Shown: positions 37,828 through 48,121 of the stretch, piece by piece | Layout: each line of letters opens with the position of its first letter | How positions within the stretch are numbered: position 1 is the first letter of the stretch | Assembly (NCBI GenBank): GCA_964555355.1 | Contig: CAZKRY010000003.1 | Location: 192,878-256,877 of the forward strand | Length of the DNA: 64,000 nt | Reading direction: 5' to 3' | DNA from: an uncultured Klebsiella sp. | Lineage (GTDB): Bacteria; Pseudomonadota; Gammaproteobacteria; Ga0077536 | Made by a program: the position numbers and the translations under genes | Notes under the pieces: generated by a model | Seen by the model: only the letters and a program-made list of their open reading frames with translations | The model's database searches: none | What the model was told of the DNA's origin: nothing

Positions 37828-40584
37828 ATGGCTGACTCCAGTTTGCGTATGCTTGAAGCCGGCGGCGTCACTTTGCGCGCCCGTTGGCGAGATCCCCCAC
37901 TCGCGTCGGCGATTGGCCTTTTGCTGTGGCTTACGCTGTGCGCCTGCGTGCTCTTGACGCAAGGCAACGCGGCGCACCCGTTGTTCGCACTTTATTACGA
38001 CATGCCAGTCGGACCCATCCTCGCGTGGTTGAGCTGGCGGTTAGTCCGTGTGGTAGGGGTCGATCCCCGCGCGCGTCTCGGTTGGTCATTACTCGCGCTC
38101 GCCTTCCTCTCCTTTTGGCTCGGCAACGTCACATGGAATGTTTACGAGGGACTCCTTGATATCGATCCTTTTCCATCACTGGCGGATGGGTTTTATCTCG
38201 CGTTTTATCTATTAGCCGTGGCGGGCTTATTGCGGCTCACGCCGCCGTTAACCAATCGCCGCGACTTTGCAAAGTTCCTGCTCGATAGTGGCGCGGCGAT
38301 TTTGAGCTTGTTCGGCGTGCTGTGGTTTCTCACCTTCCGGTTTGTCCGAATCGATTCGTCGCACGGCGCGTTTGGCACTTTGTTCAGTATCGCGTATCCG
38401 GTTGCCGATGGTCTGCTGCTGGTCGCTGTGATTGGGGCACTCTTAAAGCGCCATTACGTCAACAATTCGCGGGTGTTGGGGTGCCTCGCGGGAAGTTTCA
38501 CCGCACTCCTGTGCGCGGATATGACGATACTCGCGCCACTCCTCGCTAATGAGCTTGAAGACACGACGCTCGCGGATCTGTTTTATCAGGCGTCATATTT
38601 ATTGGCGACGCTCGGCGCAGTGATCGGTTTGACCAGCGCGCGCACACGCCAAGTGGCGCATGAGGGCGTCTATCACGTGCAAGCACTGCCCTATGCTTTT
38701 GTGCTACTCGCCTTTGGGCTGTTGTTATGGCAAATGCGTGATGCATTACTCACGCCAAGCGGCGTACTCACCTCTATCGCGGCCGTGACCGCGGTACTGG
38801 TACTCATCCGACAAATGCTCGCCGCCCGCGAGAACATGGAGCTCTCGGCGCTACGCGCGTCCAACGCAGCGGAAGCGCGGTATCAGTCGCTGGTCAGAAA
38901 TTCATCCGACATCGTGTTAATCGTCGGCCCACAGCTGTCGATTCTCTTTGCATCCTCGTCCATCACACGCGTGTTGGGGTGGACAGAGGCCGACGCGATG
39001 CAACGTTCGCTCAGCGCGCTCGCGGAACCCGCGGATCAACCTAAACTCAAAACTTTCTGTCAAACCCTGCGCACCTCAGCCACCGCCCATGGCCCGCTAG
39101 CCCTTCGTCTACTGCGCGCGGATGGTGTTCCTTGTGATGTAGAACTCACCGGCACCAACCTGATCGCTGATCCCAATGTGCAGGGGTTAGTGTTGAACGT
39201 ACGCGATATCTCGGAGCGCAAACGGCTGGAAGATGAGCTCAAGCAACTTGCGTTTACCGACTCCCTCACGCTGCTCGCCAATCGCAATCTTTTCAACGAA
39301 CAACTGGCACGCGCGATCGGTCGCGTCGCGCGCGAGAACGCCGAACCGGTGTTGATGTTTGTCGACTTGGATAACTTCAAGAAGATCAATGACACTCTGG
39401 GTCACGAAGCGGGCGACAAGATCCTGACCATGGCGGCGCAACGTTTGATTCGCGCCACCCGCGCCGGGGATGTCGTGGCGCGCTTAGGCGGCGACGAATT
39501 TGCATTGCTGATTGCCGACGATGCGGCCGACAGCTATGTAAAGCAGCTTGCAGAGCGCTTGATTGCGGTGCTATCGACGCCGTTTGAATTGGAAGGCCGC
39601 CAATTGCAGCTTTCCGCGAGCATCGGCATCGCGCGCGCCGAACCTGGGATGCAGCCGGCCGAATTTATGCGCAACGCCGATCTTGCGATGTACAAAGCAA
39701 AAGAGCAGGGCAAGAACGGCTATGAGATGTATCAGCCGGCGATGTATGCGAACTTGGCGCAGGCCGTGGATATAGAGGCGGAACTCGCCATCTCGCTGGA
39801 ACGCCATGATTTCGTGCCCTACTTCCAACCGATAGTCGATCTAAAAACCCAGCGCTGTATGGGCTTGGAAGCGTTGGTGCGTTGGCATCACCCAAGTCGG
39901 GGTGTGTTGTTTCCAAGCGCGTTTATTGGGATCGCCGAACAAAGCGGACTTATCGAGCGGTTGGGTCATGAGATCTTGGTAGAGACATTCCGGCATGTGG
40001 CGCAATGGCGTACCGACGCGTCTTCGCCGGATATTCATCACGTAGCGATCAATGTTTCCGGACGGCAATTGAGCCGGCTTGAACTGGTCGACGAAGTCGC
40101 GGAGGCGCTTCGTCGTTTTGCGATTCCTCCGCATCTCGTGGTACTCGAAATTACCGAGTCCGTACTCATGGACGATGTGGCGCTTGCGGTCGATCAACTA
40201 ACCCGGCTAAAAAATCTCGGTGTGCGGATCGCGTTGGACGATTTCGGTACCGGTTATTCTTCGCTGAGCCACGTGCATCGTTTCCCAATAGACCTCCTTA
40301 AAATCGATCGGTCATTTATCGAGGCGCTGACCGGCGGCGACGGCTCGGCGTTGGTCAAGGCGATCATGGGGTTGGCGAATGCACTGAACTTGCAAGTGGT
40401 AGCCGAAGGCATCGAGAATCAAGCGCAAGTCGAGCAACTGATGCGCTTTGATTGCCAACTCGGCCAAGGTTATCTGTTTGGCAAACCCGAACATCCCGAG
40501 AAGATGCGCGAACGACTTAAAGCATCGCACTCCATCCTGCCATTTAGCACCGTGCGTCTTAACAAGTTGCGAAATGCGGGATGA
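37828..40584 (+). CDS. Membrane sensor diguanylate cyclase/phosphodiesterase (multi-TM N-terminal domain, PAS, GGDEF, EAL)
   Basis: ~330-aa polytopic N-terminus; RLGGDEFALL (GGDEF); GLEALVRW (EAL). Confidence 0.9.
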   Translation: MADSSLRMLEAGGVTLRARWRDPPLASAIGLLLWLTLCACVLLTQGNAAHPLFALYYDMPVGPILAWLSWRLVRVVGVDPRARLGWSLLALAFLSFWLGNVTWNVYEGLLDIDPFPSLADGFYLAFYLLAVAGLLRLTPPLTNRRDFAKFLLDSGAAILSLFGVLWFLTFRFVRIDSSHGAFGTLFSIAYPVADGLLLVAVIGALLKRHYVNNSRVLGCLAGSFTALLCADMTILAPLLANELEDTTLADLFYQASYLLATLGAVIGLTSARTRQVAHEGVYHVQALPYAFVLLAFGLLLWQMRDALLTPSGVLTSIAAVTAVLVLIRQMLAARENMELSALRASNAAEARYQSLVRNSSDIVLIVGPQLSILFASSSITRVLGWTEADAMQRSLSALAEPADQPKLKTFCQTLRTSATAHGPLALRLLRADGVPCDVELTGTNLIADPNVQGLVLNVRDISERKRLEDELKQLAFTDSLTLLANRNLFNEQLARAIGRVARENAEPVLMFVDLDNFKKINDTLGHEAGDKILTMAAQRLIRATRAGDVVARLGGDEFALLIADDAADSYVKQLAERLIAVLSTPFELEGRQLQLSASIGIARAEPGMQPAEFMRNADLAMYKAKEQGKNGYEMYQPAMYANLAQAVDIEAELAISLERHDFVPYFQPIVDLKTQRCMGLEALVRWHHPSRGVLFPSAFIGIAEQSGLIERLGHEILVETFRHVAQWRTDASSPDIHHVAINVSGRQLSRLELVDEVAEALRRFAIPPHLVVLEITESVLMDDVALAVDQLTRLKNLGVRIALDDFGTGYSSLSHVHRFPIDLLKIDRSFIEALTGGDGSALVKAIMGLANALNLQVVAEGIENQAQVEQLMRFDCQLGQGYLFGKPEHPEKMRERLKASHSILPFSTVRLNKLRNAG

Positions 40585-40632
40585 GTTAGCGCGCGCCATC
40601 GATTACCATGCGCGCTCTTTTGGCCAAGTGGA

Positions 40633-41655
40633 TTGCGCATGATTGAAGGTATCAACGAGGAAAACGTCACGGCGTGGCTATGCCGTCAAATTCCGTCCCT
40701 GACTCCTCCGCTCACTTACTCACTGATCGCGGGGGGACATTCCAATTTAACTTTTAAGTGCCAGGATGCCGCCGGGCAACGTTATGTCCTGCGCCGCCCG
40801 CCGTTAGGGCATGTGCTGGAAAGTGCGCACGACATGGCACGCGAATATCGAGTCATCACGGCGCTAGCTGGTCGCGGCGTGCCCGTCGCGCCCACCTTCG
40901 GGCTGTGCGAAGACCCAGCCGTTAACGGCGCTAACTTTTTTATTATGGGATTCGTCGACGGCACCGTGCTACACGACGATGGCGATGCTCGGCGAGTGCC
41001 GCCGAGCGAGCGTCACACGCTGGGTATCGAAACCGCCGAAGTTCTCGCACGTCTGCATACGTTGGTGCCGGAAGCGGTCGGCTTAAGCACGCTCGGTCGC
41101 AAAGACGGTTACATCGCGCGCCAACTCAAACGCTGGAGCCAACAATGGGAAAGTACCAAGACCCACGAGGTGCCGGTAATGGACGAGGCGCAGCGCTTGC
41201 TCGCTGAACGCATGCCGGCGCAAGTCGCGAGCGGCATCGTGCATGGCGATTATCGGCTCGGCAACATGCTCATCGCGGGTGGTCATATTCAAGCGTTACT
41301 CGATTGGGAACTCTGCACGTTGGGCGATCCACTCGCGGATCTTGGTTACCTCTTGAATACCTGGCGCGGCGCGGATGAATTGATTGGGGACGTGGAAGAC
41401 CGCATGCCAACTACCGCCGGCGGCTTTCCGGATCGCAATGCGCTGCTCGCTCGTTATGGCGCAATCACCGGCTTCGATCTAACGCATATCGATTATTACC
41501 GCGCGTTTTCGCATTGGCGGATTGCGGCGATCCGTCAAGGCGTTTATAAACGTTACTTGGTCGGTGCGATGGGGGCTGATCGCAACTTTGATCTGGAAGG
41601 TTACAAGGTCAACATCGCACGGAAGGCGGAGATGGCGGTGAAGTTGTTGGCGTAG
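40633..41655 (+). CDS. Phosphotransferase-family protein (APH/ChoK-like kinase fold)
   Basis: Brenner motif HGDYRLGNML, DWELCTLGDP. Confidence 0.75.
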   Translation: MRMIEGINEENVTAWLCRQIPSLTPPLTYSLIAGGHSNLTFKCQDAAGQRYVLRRPPLGHVLESAHDMAREYRVITALAGRGVPVAPTFGLCEDPAVNGANFFIMGFVDGTVLHDDGDARRVPPSERHTLGIETAEVLARLHTLVPEAVGLSTLGRKDGYIARQLKRWSQQWESTKTHEVPVMDEAQRLLAERMPAQVASGIVHGDYRLGNMLIAGGHIQALLDWELCTLGDPLADLGYLLNTWRGADELIGDVEDRMPTTAGGFPDRNALLARYGAITGFDLTHIDYYRAFSHWRIAAIRQGVYKRYLVGAMGADRNFDLEGYKVNIARKAEMAVKLLA

Positions 41656-41661
41656 GCGGCT

Positions 41662-42375
41662 TCAAAATCGCAACCACTGTTCCATTCGCAACGGCTGATA
41701 GCCGTATACCGCGCTTAAATGATGCAGAAACGCGTGACGCCCCTGTAAGCCCCACAGCTTATTGATGCGCGCCTCGACCTTTTGGTACTTGGTCAGGACG
41801 TCCGTTTCGGTGCCCGCCGCGTCCGCAAATTCTTGCACGAGCGCAAGCCAGCTCGCGCTTACGCCCATGATGAAGTACGGCCAGGCGCGCTGTAGCGCCG
41901 GGTCCCAGGCGGGATCACTGGTTGCTTCTACCAGCGGTAGCTGCTGTGGCGCGCGGCACTCATGCACCACTTCGCGCACGAGTCCGCTTTCAATCATTGC
42001 GCGGAGCGCGGTGGAACCATCGATCGCCTGCCGCATCTGCGCATAGCGCTCAGCACTGACATACACCAACAAACTAAATTGATGACCGGCGACATCGTTG
42101 CCAGCGCGACGATGAAAACGCCATAATCCAAGGTGCGCTTGATGCGTGGCAAGAAGTGGCGCGAGCACGCGATCAGCGAGCGCCAAGTCTACGGCCCAGC
42201 GCGGCGCGCCATCGTCACCCAACGGCATTCTGAAGCAGGAAGAGAACCAGCGTGCGTCCTCTATACGCGTCCCTAAGCCGGTGACAGCAGGCACCGCGCT
42301 CGGCGGCGTATACGCACAACCGGTGCATACCAAGGCAAGAGCGCAAACTGCGAAACTGAATCTTGCGCGAATCAT
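41662..42375 (-). CDS. Hypothetical lipoprotein
   Basis: Signal peptide MIRARFSFAVCALALVCTGC with a lipobox-like CTGC. Overlaps the upstream oxoprolinase gene by 4 bp. Confidence 0.5.
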   Translation of the reverse strand: MIRARFSFAVCALALVCTGCAYTPPSAVPAVTGLGTRIEDARWFSSCFRMPLGDDGAPRWAVDLALADRVLAPLLATHQAHLGLWRFHRRAGNDVAGHQFSLLVYVSAERYAQMRQAIDGSTALRAMIESGLVREVVHECRAPQQLPLVEATSDPAWDPALQRAWPYFIMGVSASWLALVQEFADAAGTETDVLTKYQKVEARINKLWGLQGRHAFLHHLSAVYGYQPLRMEQWLRF

Positions 42376-45300
42376 GCGCCATAACCTCCGCCGCCGGGTG
42401 TTTCGATGATGAAAATATCGCCGGGCTGCATCGCGACTTGTGCGGTTGCGCCGAGCGCGTGGTGCGCACCATCGGCGCGTACCACGTAGTTGCGTCCAGC
42501 GAGCCCCGGTGCGCCGCCGGCAAGACCATGTGGCGGATATTGACGCCGGTTCGACAGGATTGAGGCGGTCATCGCTTCGAGAAAGCGGATCCGCCGTACC
42601 ACGCCATCGCCACCGCGATTGCGCCCGCCGCCGCCCGACCCACGCCGAATGGCAAATTCTTCGAGTAACACCGGAAAACGTGTTTCCAACACTTCCGGAT
42701 CGGTCAAACGAGAGTTCGTCATGTGCACTTGCACTGCGCTCGCGCCGTCAAATCCAGGTCCGGCACCGGCGCCGCCCGCCAGCGTTTCGTAATACTGATA
42801 GCGCGCATTGCCGAACGTGAAGTTGTTCATCGTACCCTGCGATCCCGCGAGCGCACCCAATGCGCCGAACAGCGCATCCGTAATGCATTGTGAAGTCTCG
42901 ACGTTACCCGCAACGACGGCGGCTGGCGTGCACGGACGCAATAGGCATCCTTCCGGGATATTCACGGTGAGCGGCTTCAAACAACCGGCGTTCAACGGAA
43001 TATCGTCATCGATCAAACAACGAAACACATAGAGCACCGCGGCGGTGGTGACCGCGGCGGGCGCATTGAAGTTATCCGGCTGTTGCGGCGATGTCCCCGT
43101 GAAATCGATATGCGCCTGCGACTTATCGGGCGCAAGGGTAACTTGCACCCGAATCGTGGCACCGGAATCGAGAGTCACCGCGAACGCACCGTCCTGTAGT
43201 CGCCGCAGCGCCGTTCGTACGCACACGGTGGCGTTGTCTTGCACATGACGCATATAGGCCTGCACCGTGGCGTGTCCATGGTGCGCAACCAGCGCACGCA
43301 GCTCTTGCGCCCCTTTTTCGTTGGCCGCGATCTGCGCCCGTAAATCGGCCAGATTCTGTTCGATATTACGCGCGGGCCAACGGCCGCTTGCGAGCAATGT
43401 TTCGATCGCGGCGCTCTGGAATATCCCGCCGTCGACCAGCTTGGCGTTATCGAGCTGCACACCTTCTTCGTCGATGTTGCGTGAATGCGGCGGCATCGAG
43501 CCCGGGGTGATCCCGCCGATATCCGCGTGGTGGCCACGCGAGCCGACGTAAAACAGCAGTTCTGCGCCGGCCGCGTCGAATACCGGTGTGATGACGGTGA
43601 CATCCGGCAGATGGGTGCCACCGTTATACGGCGCGTTCAGCACATAAACATCGCCCGCCTTCGTGCGCGTTGCATGCATTTCATGCACGACGCGCACGGA
43701 CTCACCCATCGATCCCAAATGCACCGGAATATGCGGGGCATTGGCGATCAAATTAGCATCCCGGTCGAACAGCGCACAGGAAAAGTCGAGGCGCTCTTTG
43801 ATATTCACCGAATGCGCCGTCTGTTGCAGGCGCGCGCCCATTTGTTCAGCAATCGACATGAAAACGTTATTGAAGATCTCAAGCCGTACCGGGTCGACTT
43901 GCGCACCGCTCTCGGCGGTGGGCTCAGGCGATGATTTGGGATGTACGCGGGTCATCAGCAGATTCAAACTCGAAGTGACTTCCGCCCGCCAGCCGGGTTC
44001 GACTACCGTGGTGGCGCCGGCTTCAACGATGAGCGCCGGACCGCCAATCAAAGCTTGATGCGGTAGCGCAGTTCGGATGAAAAGGGGCGCCGTGTGCCAT
44101 TTGCCACCGGAATAGAACCGCGCCTCGGCCGCTTGGGTGAGTTCAGCGTGCGGGCTTTCGCCAAGTGCTAATTCGTCTTCCGCTTGCAATGCGCTCGCCT
44201 GTACAACGATGGTGTCAACGATAATCGGCTTATCGGACACGGCAAATCCGAAATGCGCGAGATGCTTTTCGGCGAAGCTCGCTCGTAACGTATCGCCTGG
44301 CGCAAAGGGGATTGAAAGCGTGGTATCGCTGCCAGCGACCTTGAGCAACAGTTTGGTCTCAACGGTGAGTGCCGCATCGCCGATCCCTTGCGCCAGCAAG
44401 CGATCGCCGGCTTCATTTTCGAGCGCATTCACCGCCTTGAGCAGTGCCGCCTCATGCGCGTCATCGAGCGGTCGCTCAAACGATAGTTCGCGCACCACGG
44501 TCTGCGCGGCGAGTCCCATACCAAACGCCGACAACACACCCGCGAAGGGATGCACCAGAATCGAATTGATGCCGAGCAAATCGGCGACCAAACACACGTG
44601 CTGACCGGCCGCTCCACCGAAGCTGCACAGCACATACTGCGTGACATCATACCCGCGTTGGATCGAAATCCGCTTAATCGCGTTCGCCATATTCATGACC
44701 GCGATTTGCACGAATCCTTCCGCCACCGCTTCCGGGCTGCGGCGATCGCCGGTGGTTTGCGCGATGCGTGCGGCGAGCTCTTCGAAATTCGCTACTACGA
44801 CATCGTTCGCGAGCGGCAAATTGGCATCCGACCCAAACATCGCTGGAAAAAATTTGGGTTGAATCTTGCCCAGCATCACATTCGCATCTGTGATCGTGAG
44901 CGGCCCGTCACGCCGATAGCACGCCGGTCCTGGGTTTGCGCCAGCCGATTGCGGACCCACGCGATAACGCGCGCCGTCAAAACGCAGGAGCGAGCCACCA
45001 CCCGCTGCGACGGTGTGGATCTGTAACATCGGTGCACGCACGCGGACACCAGCGACTACTGTGTCAAAGGTGTGCTCGTAATTTCCGGCGTAGTGCATGA
45101 CATCCGTTGACGTGCCGCCCATGTCAAACCCGATAACGCGCGAGAAGCCGGCGGCCGTCGCGACGCGCACCGCCCCCACCACGCCGCCTGCCGGTCCGGA
45201 CAAGATGGCGTCCTTGCCTTGAAACTGCGCGGCAACCGTCATCCCACCATTTGACTGCATGAAATAAAGCGGCACGTCCTTTAACGCGCGCGCGACGGTC

Positions 45301-46013
45301 TCGACATACTGTCGCAGAAGCGGTGAGAGATAGGCATCGATGACCGTGGTGTCACCACGGCCAACGAGTTTGATCAACGGACTTACTTCATGCGACACCG
45401 AAACCTGAGTAAACCCTACCGCCCGCGCGATTGCCGCAACTCGCGCTTCGTGTTGCGGGTATCGATAGCCATGCATGAAAACGATGGCGACGGCGCGCAA
45501 GCCCGCGTCGTAATGACGCTTCAATTCCGCCTGCACCTGCGGTTCCTGCAACGCGATGAGTTCCTCACCATGTGCATCGATCCGCTCGTCGACTTCAAGC
45601 ACCGCGCGATAGAGCATTTCGGGCAGCACGATGTGGCGGGCGAACAATTGAGGCCGGTGTTGATACGCGATCCGCAATGCATCGCCAAAACCACGCGTGA
45701 TGACGAGCAAGGTCGATGCCCCGCGCCGTTCGAGCAACGCGTTGGTGGCGACGGTCGTGCCCATGCGCACGGCGGCGATTTGCGCGGTGGGAATGGGTTC
45801 GCCCGGCGCGAGTTGTAATGCACGGCGGATCCCTTCGAGCGCGGCATCGGCATATTGCGTCGGATCTTCCGATAGCAGTTTATAGGTCACCAAACGTCGA
45901 TCGGGGCGCCGCGCGACGACATCGGTAAACGTGCCGCCGCGATCGATAAAAAACTCCCAACCTGAGGTTGCCGCTGCCATGCGCGAATTATCCGCGATTT
46001 GGCCGCTCGCCAC
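42372..46013 (-). CDS. ATP-dependent 5-oxoprolinase / hydantoinase, fused HyuA-HyuB (OplAH-type, 1213 aa)
   Basis: N-terminal hydantoinase A (FFIDRGGTFTDVV), C-terminal hydantoinase B. Confidence 0.9.
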   Translation of the reverse strand: MASGQIADNSRMAAATSGWEFFIDRGGTFTDVVARRPDRRLVTYKLLSEDPTQYADAALEGIRRALQLAPGEPIPTAQIAAVRMGTTVATNALLERRGASTLLVITRGFGDALRIAYQHRPQLFARHIVLPEMLYRAVLEVDERIDAHGEELIALQEPQVQAELKRHYDAGLRAVAIVFMHGYRYPQHEARVAAIARAVGFTQVSVSHEVSPLIKLVGRGDTTVIDAYLSPLLRQYVETVARALKDVPLYFMQSNGGMTVAAQFQGKDAILSGPAGGVVGAVRVATAAGFSRVIGFDMGGTSTDVMHYAGNYEHTFDTVVAGVRVRAPMLQIHTVAAGGGSLLRFDGARYRVGPQSAGANPGPACYRRDGPLTITDANVMLGKIQPKFFPAMFGSDANLPLANDVVVANFEELAARIAQTTGDRRSPEAVAEGFVQIAVMNMANAIKRISIQRGYDVTQYVLCSFGGAAGQHVCLVADLLGINSILVHPFAGVLSAFGMGLAAQTVVRELSFERPLDDAHEAALLKAVNALENEAGDRLLAQGIGDAALTVETKLLLKVAGSDTTLSIPFAPGDTLRASFAEKHLAHFGFAVSDKPIIVDTIVVQASALQAEDELALGESPHAELTQAAEARFYSGGKWHTAPLFIRTALPHQALIGGPALIVEAGATTVVEPGWRAEVTSSLNLLMTRVHPKSSPEPTAESGAQVDPVRLEIFNNVFMSIAEQMGARLQQTAHSVNIKERLDFSCALFDRDANLIANAPHIPVHLGSMGESVRVVHEMHATRTKAGDVYVLNAPYNGGTHLPDVTVITPVFDAAGAELLFYVGSRGHHADIGGITPGSMPPHSRNIDEEGVQLDNAKLVDGGIFQSAAIETLLASGRWPARNIEQNLADLRAQIAANEKGAQELRALVAHHGHATVQAYMRHVQDNATVCVRTALRRLQDGAFAVTLDSGATIRVQVTLAPDKSQAHIDFTGTSPQQPDNFNAPAAVTTAAVLYVFRCLIDDDIPLNAGCLKPLTVNIPEGCLLRPCTPAAVVAGNVETSQCITDALFGALGALAGSQGTMNNFTFGNARYQYYETLAGGAGAGPGFDGASAVQVHMTNSRLTDPEVLETRFPVLLEEFAIRRGSGGGGRNRGGDGVVRRIRFLEAMTASILSNRRQYPPHGLAGGAPGLAGRNYVVRADGAHHALGATAQVAMQPGDIFIIETPGGGGYGA

Positions 46014-46076
46014 AGCCGCTATGGCCGGGCGGATACTGTGGTTATGCTGGGCGACGAAACGTTCCCGAAAGACTCA

Positions 46077-46958
46077 ATGTCTCGCCTTGCCTCGGGCCGC
46101 GCCAGCCACACGGCGCTTCTGACCGCCATCGTGCGTGCACGACATTATCTGCACGACGCGGCGCCGCTCGTGCTGAGCGATCCACTTGCCGAGCAATTTT
46201 TACCGACCCTACTGAATTGGTTCCTGCGTTATAACCCTCTGGCTGAGCTCGCCATCGATCTAAGGCTTGGGCAACTGCGCGCCATCGAGGGTGAAGTCTT
46301 GGGGCGGGCTCGCGTGGTGGAAGACGCGCTTCGCGCACGTCTTGCGGAAGGTCTTGCGCAATGCATCATCCTCGGTGCGGGATATGACACCACGGTCGCG
46401 CGCTTTGGCGCGCAGACCGGCTGTCGTTTTTTTGAAATCGACCACCCCGCGACGCAACGTCAAAAGCAGAAATTTCTCGGGCATCTTGGGCGCTCACGAG
46501 TGGATGAACTCTCGCTTCACTATGTGCCGATTGATTTCCACGCCGGCGACTTGCGCGTGGCGTTGCACGGCGCGGGTTTTAATCCAGCGCAACCGGCGTT
46601 AGTGTCGTGGCTCGGGGTGGTCATGTACCTACCACCGGCCGCCACGCTGGCGACATTACAAACCTTACGCGCCATACTCGCGCCGGGCAGCGTCGTGTAC
46701 TTGGATGTATTGCCCACACCCGTCACCGCGGGCGATGAGCGCGCGCTCATGGAGGAGATGGCGAGATTTACCGCGCGGCGCGGCGAACCGGTGCTTGGCA
46801 TGCTCGATTGCCAAGCGTTTCTGCGCGACGCCGCGGCACTTGGGTACGAGATCGGATCACTCGTCGATGGCGTGGAGATCCGCCGCCGTTACTTTGCGGC
46901 TCAACGAACCGCAATTCAGCCACCGAAATCGATGGTGGTCGTGGAGTTACAGATCTAA
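46077..46958 (+). CDS. Class I SAM-dependent methyltransferase (leucine-carboxyl/TIGR00027-like O-methyltransferase)
   Basis: ILGAGYDT SAM motif. Start chosen downstream of the oxoprolinase start to avoid overlap. Confidence 0.7.
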   Translation: MSRLASGRASHTALLTAIVRARHYLHDAAPLVLSDPLAEQFLPTLLNWFLRYNPLAELAIDLRLGQLRAIEGEVLGRARVVEDALRARLAEGLAQCIILGAGYDTTVARFGAQTGCRFFEIDHPATQRQKQKFLGHLGRSRVDELSLHYVPIDFHAGDLRVALHGAGFNPAQPALVSWLGVVMYLPPAATLATLQTLRAILAPGSVVYLDVLPTPVTAGDERALMEEMARFTARRGEPVLGMLDCQAFLRDAAALGYEIGSLVDGVEIRRRYFAAQRTAIQPPKSMVVVELQI

Positions 46959-46977
46959 TAGAAGCAAGGGAGGAGTG

Positions 46978-47973
46978 ATGGGCTTACTTGTCGACGGCGT
47001 GTGGCACGATCAGTGGTACGACACGCAGGGTACCGGTGGACGCTTTGAGCGCAGCCAAGCGCAGTTTAGAAATTGGCTTACGCCCGACGGCGCCCCTGGC
47101 GCATCAGGGCGCGGCGGGTTCGCCGTGGCTCCTGCGCGTTATCACTTGTATGTGTCTTACGCCTGCCCGTGGGCGCATCGCACCTTGATTTATCGGCATC
47201 TCAAAGGGCTAGAAGATTTCATCGATGTCTCGGTAGTCAGCCCATTGATGGGTGCGCAGGGCTGGGAGTTCACGCAGAACTTTGCCGATGTCAGCGGCGA
47301 TCGCTTGTATGGTCTTACGCGCTTGTACGAACTCTATGTCAAAGCCGATCCCCGTTATTCGGGCCGGGTGACCGTACCGGTGTTATGGGATTGCGCACAA
47401 CATACGGTGGTGAGTAATGAGAGTTCGGAAATCATCCGGATGATGAACAGCGCATTCGATGGATTAGGCGCGACACCCGGCGATTATTATCCCGCTGAGT
47501 TACGTGCGGCGATCGACACATGGAATACCGCGATTTACAACCCGCTCAATAACGGCGTTTACCGCAGCGGCTTCGCTACTACGCAAGCGGCGTACGATGA
47601 GGCGGTGGCCGAGGTGTTCGCCGCGCTCGACAAAATCGAAGCGCAACTGAAAGCCACTCGCTTTCTCACCGGCAATCGGCTGACCGAAGCCGATATTCGC
47701 TTATGGCCGACCTTAGTACGCTTCGATGCCGTGTACGTCACACATTTCAAATGCGATCGACGGCGCATCGTCGATTACCCGAACATCGATAACTATGTCC
47801 GCGACATCTATCAAACTGGCCAGATTGCGGCGACCGTCAATCTCCCGCACATCCGGCATCATTATTTCCGCTCGCATGAGAGCGTGAACCCACATCGCAT
47901 CGTCTCCGTGGGGCCTGATCTCGATTTCAACCGGCCGCATGATCGGGCGCGGATGGGAGCGCGGGAAAACTAG
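46978..47973 (+). CDS. Glutathionyl-hydroquinone reductase (Xi-class GST, YqjG/ECM4-like)
   Basis: YHLYVSYACPWAHRTLI with the CPWA active site. Confidence 0.85.
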   Translation: MGLLVDGVWHDQWYDTQGTGGRFERSQAQFRNWLTPDGAPGASGRGGFAVAPARYHLYVSYACPWAHRTLIYRHLKGLEDFIDVSVVSPLMGAQGWEFTQNFADVSGDRLYGLTRLYELYVKADPRYSGRVTVPVLWDCAQHTVVSNESSEIIRMMNSAFDGLGATPGDYYPAELRAAIDTWNTAIYNPLNNGVYRSGFATTQAAYDEAVAEVFAALDKIEAQLKATRFLTGNRLTEADIRLWPTLVRFDAVYVTHFKCDRRRIVDYPNIDNYVRDIYQTGQIAATVNLPHIRHHYFRSHESVNPHRIVSVGPDLDFNRPHDRARMGAREN

Positions 47974-47991
47974 GAGTCTTAGAATTAACGG

Positions 47992-48024
47992 GTAGGTTGG
48001 GGTGAGCGCAAGCGAACCCCAACG
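47992..48024 (+). repeat. REP-like palindromic element, family A (GTAGGTTGGGGTGAGCGCAAGCGAACCCCAACG)
   Basis: Stem GTTGGGG/CCCCAAC, 14-nt loop. Confidence 0.7.
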
Positions 48025-48045
48025 GTGCAGAGCACCGCCACGCTA

Positions 48046-48078
48046 TTGTTGGGGTTCGTTGCATTCACCCCAACCTAC
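48046..48078 (-). repeat. REP-like element, family A, inverted copy (BIME-like pair with 47992..48024)
   Basis: Reverse complement matches copy A1 except in the loop. Confidence 0.7.
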
Positions 48079-48121
48079 GAAAAAGCGTCGACTCCAATAC
48101 GCTCGCAAATACAGCGGACGA

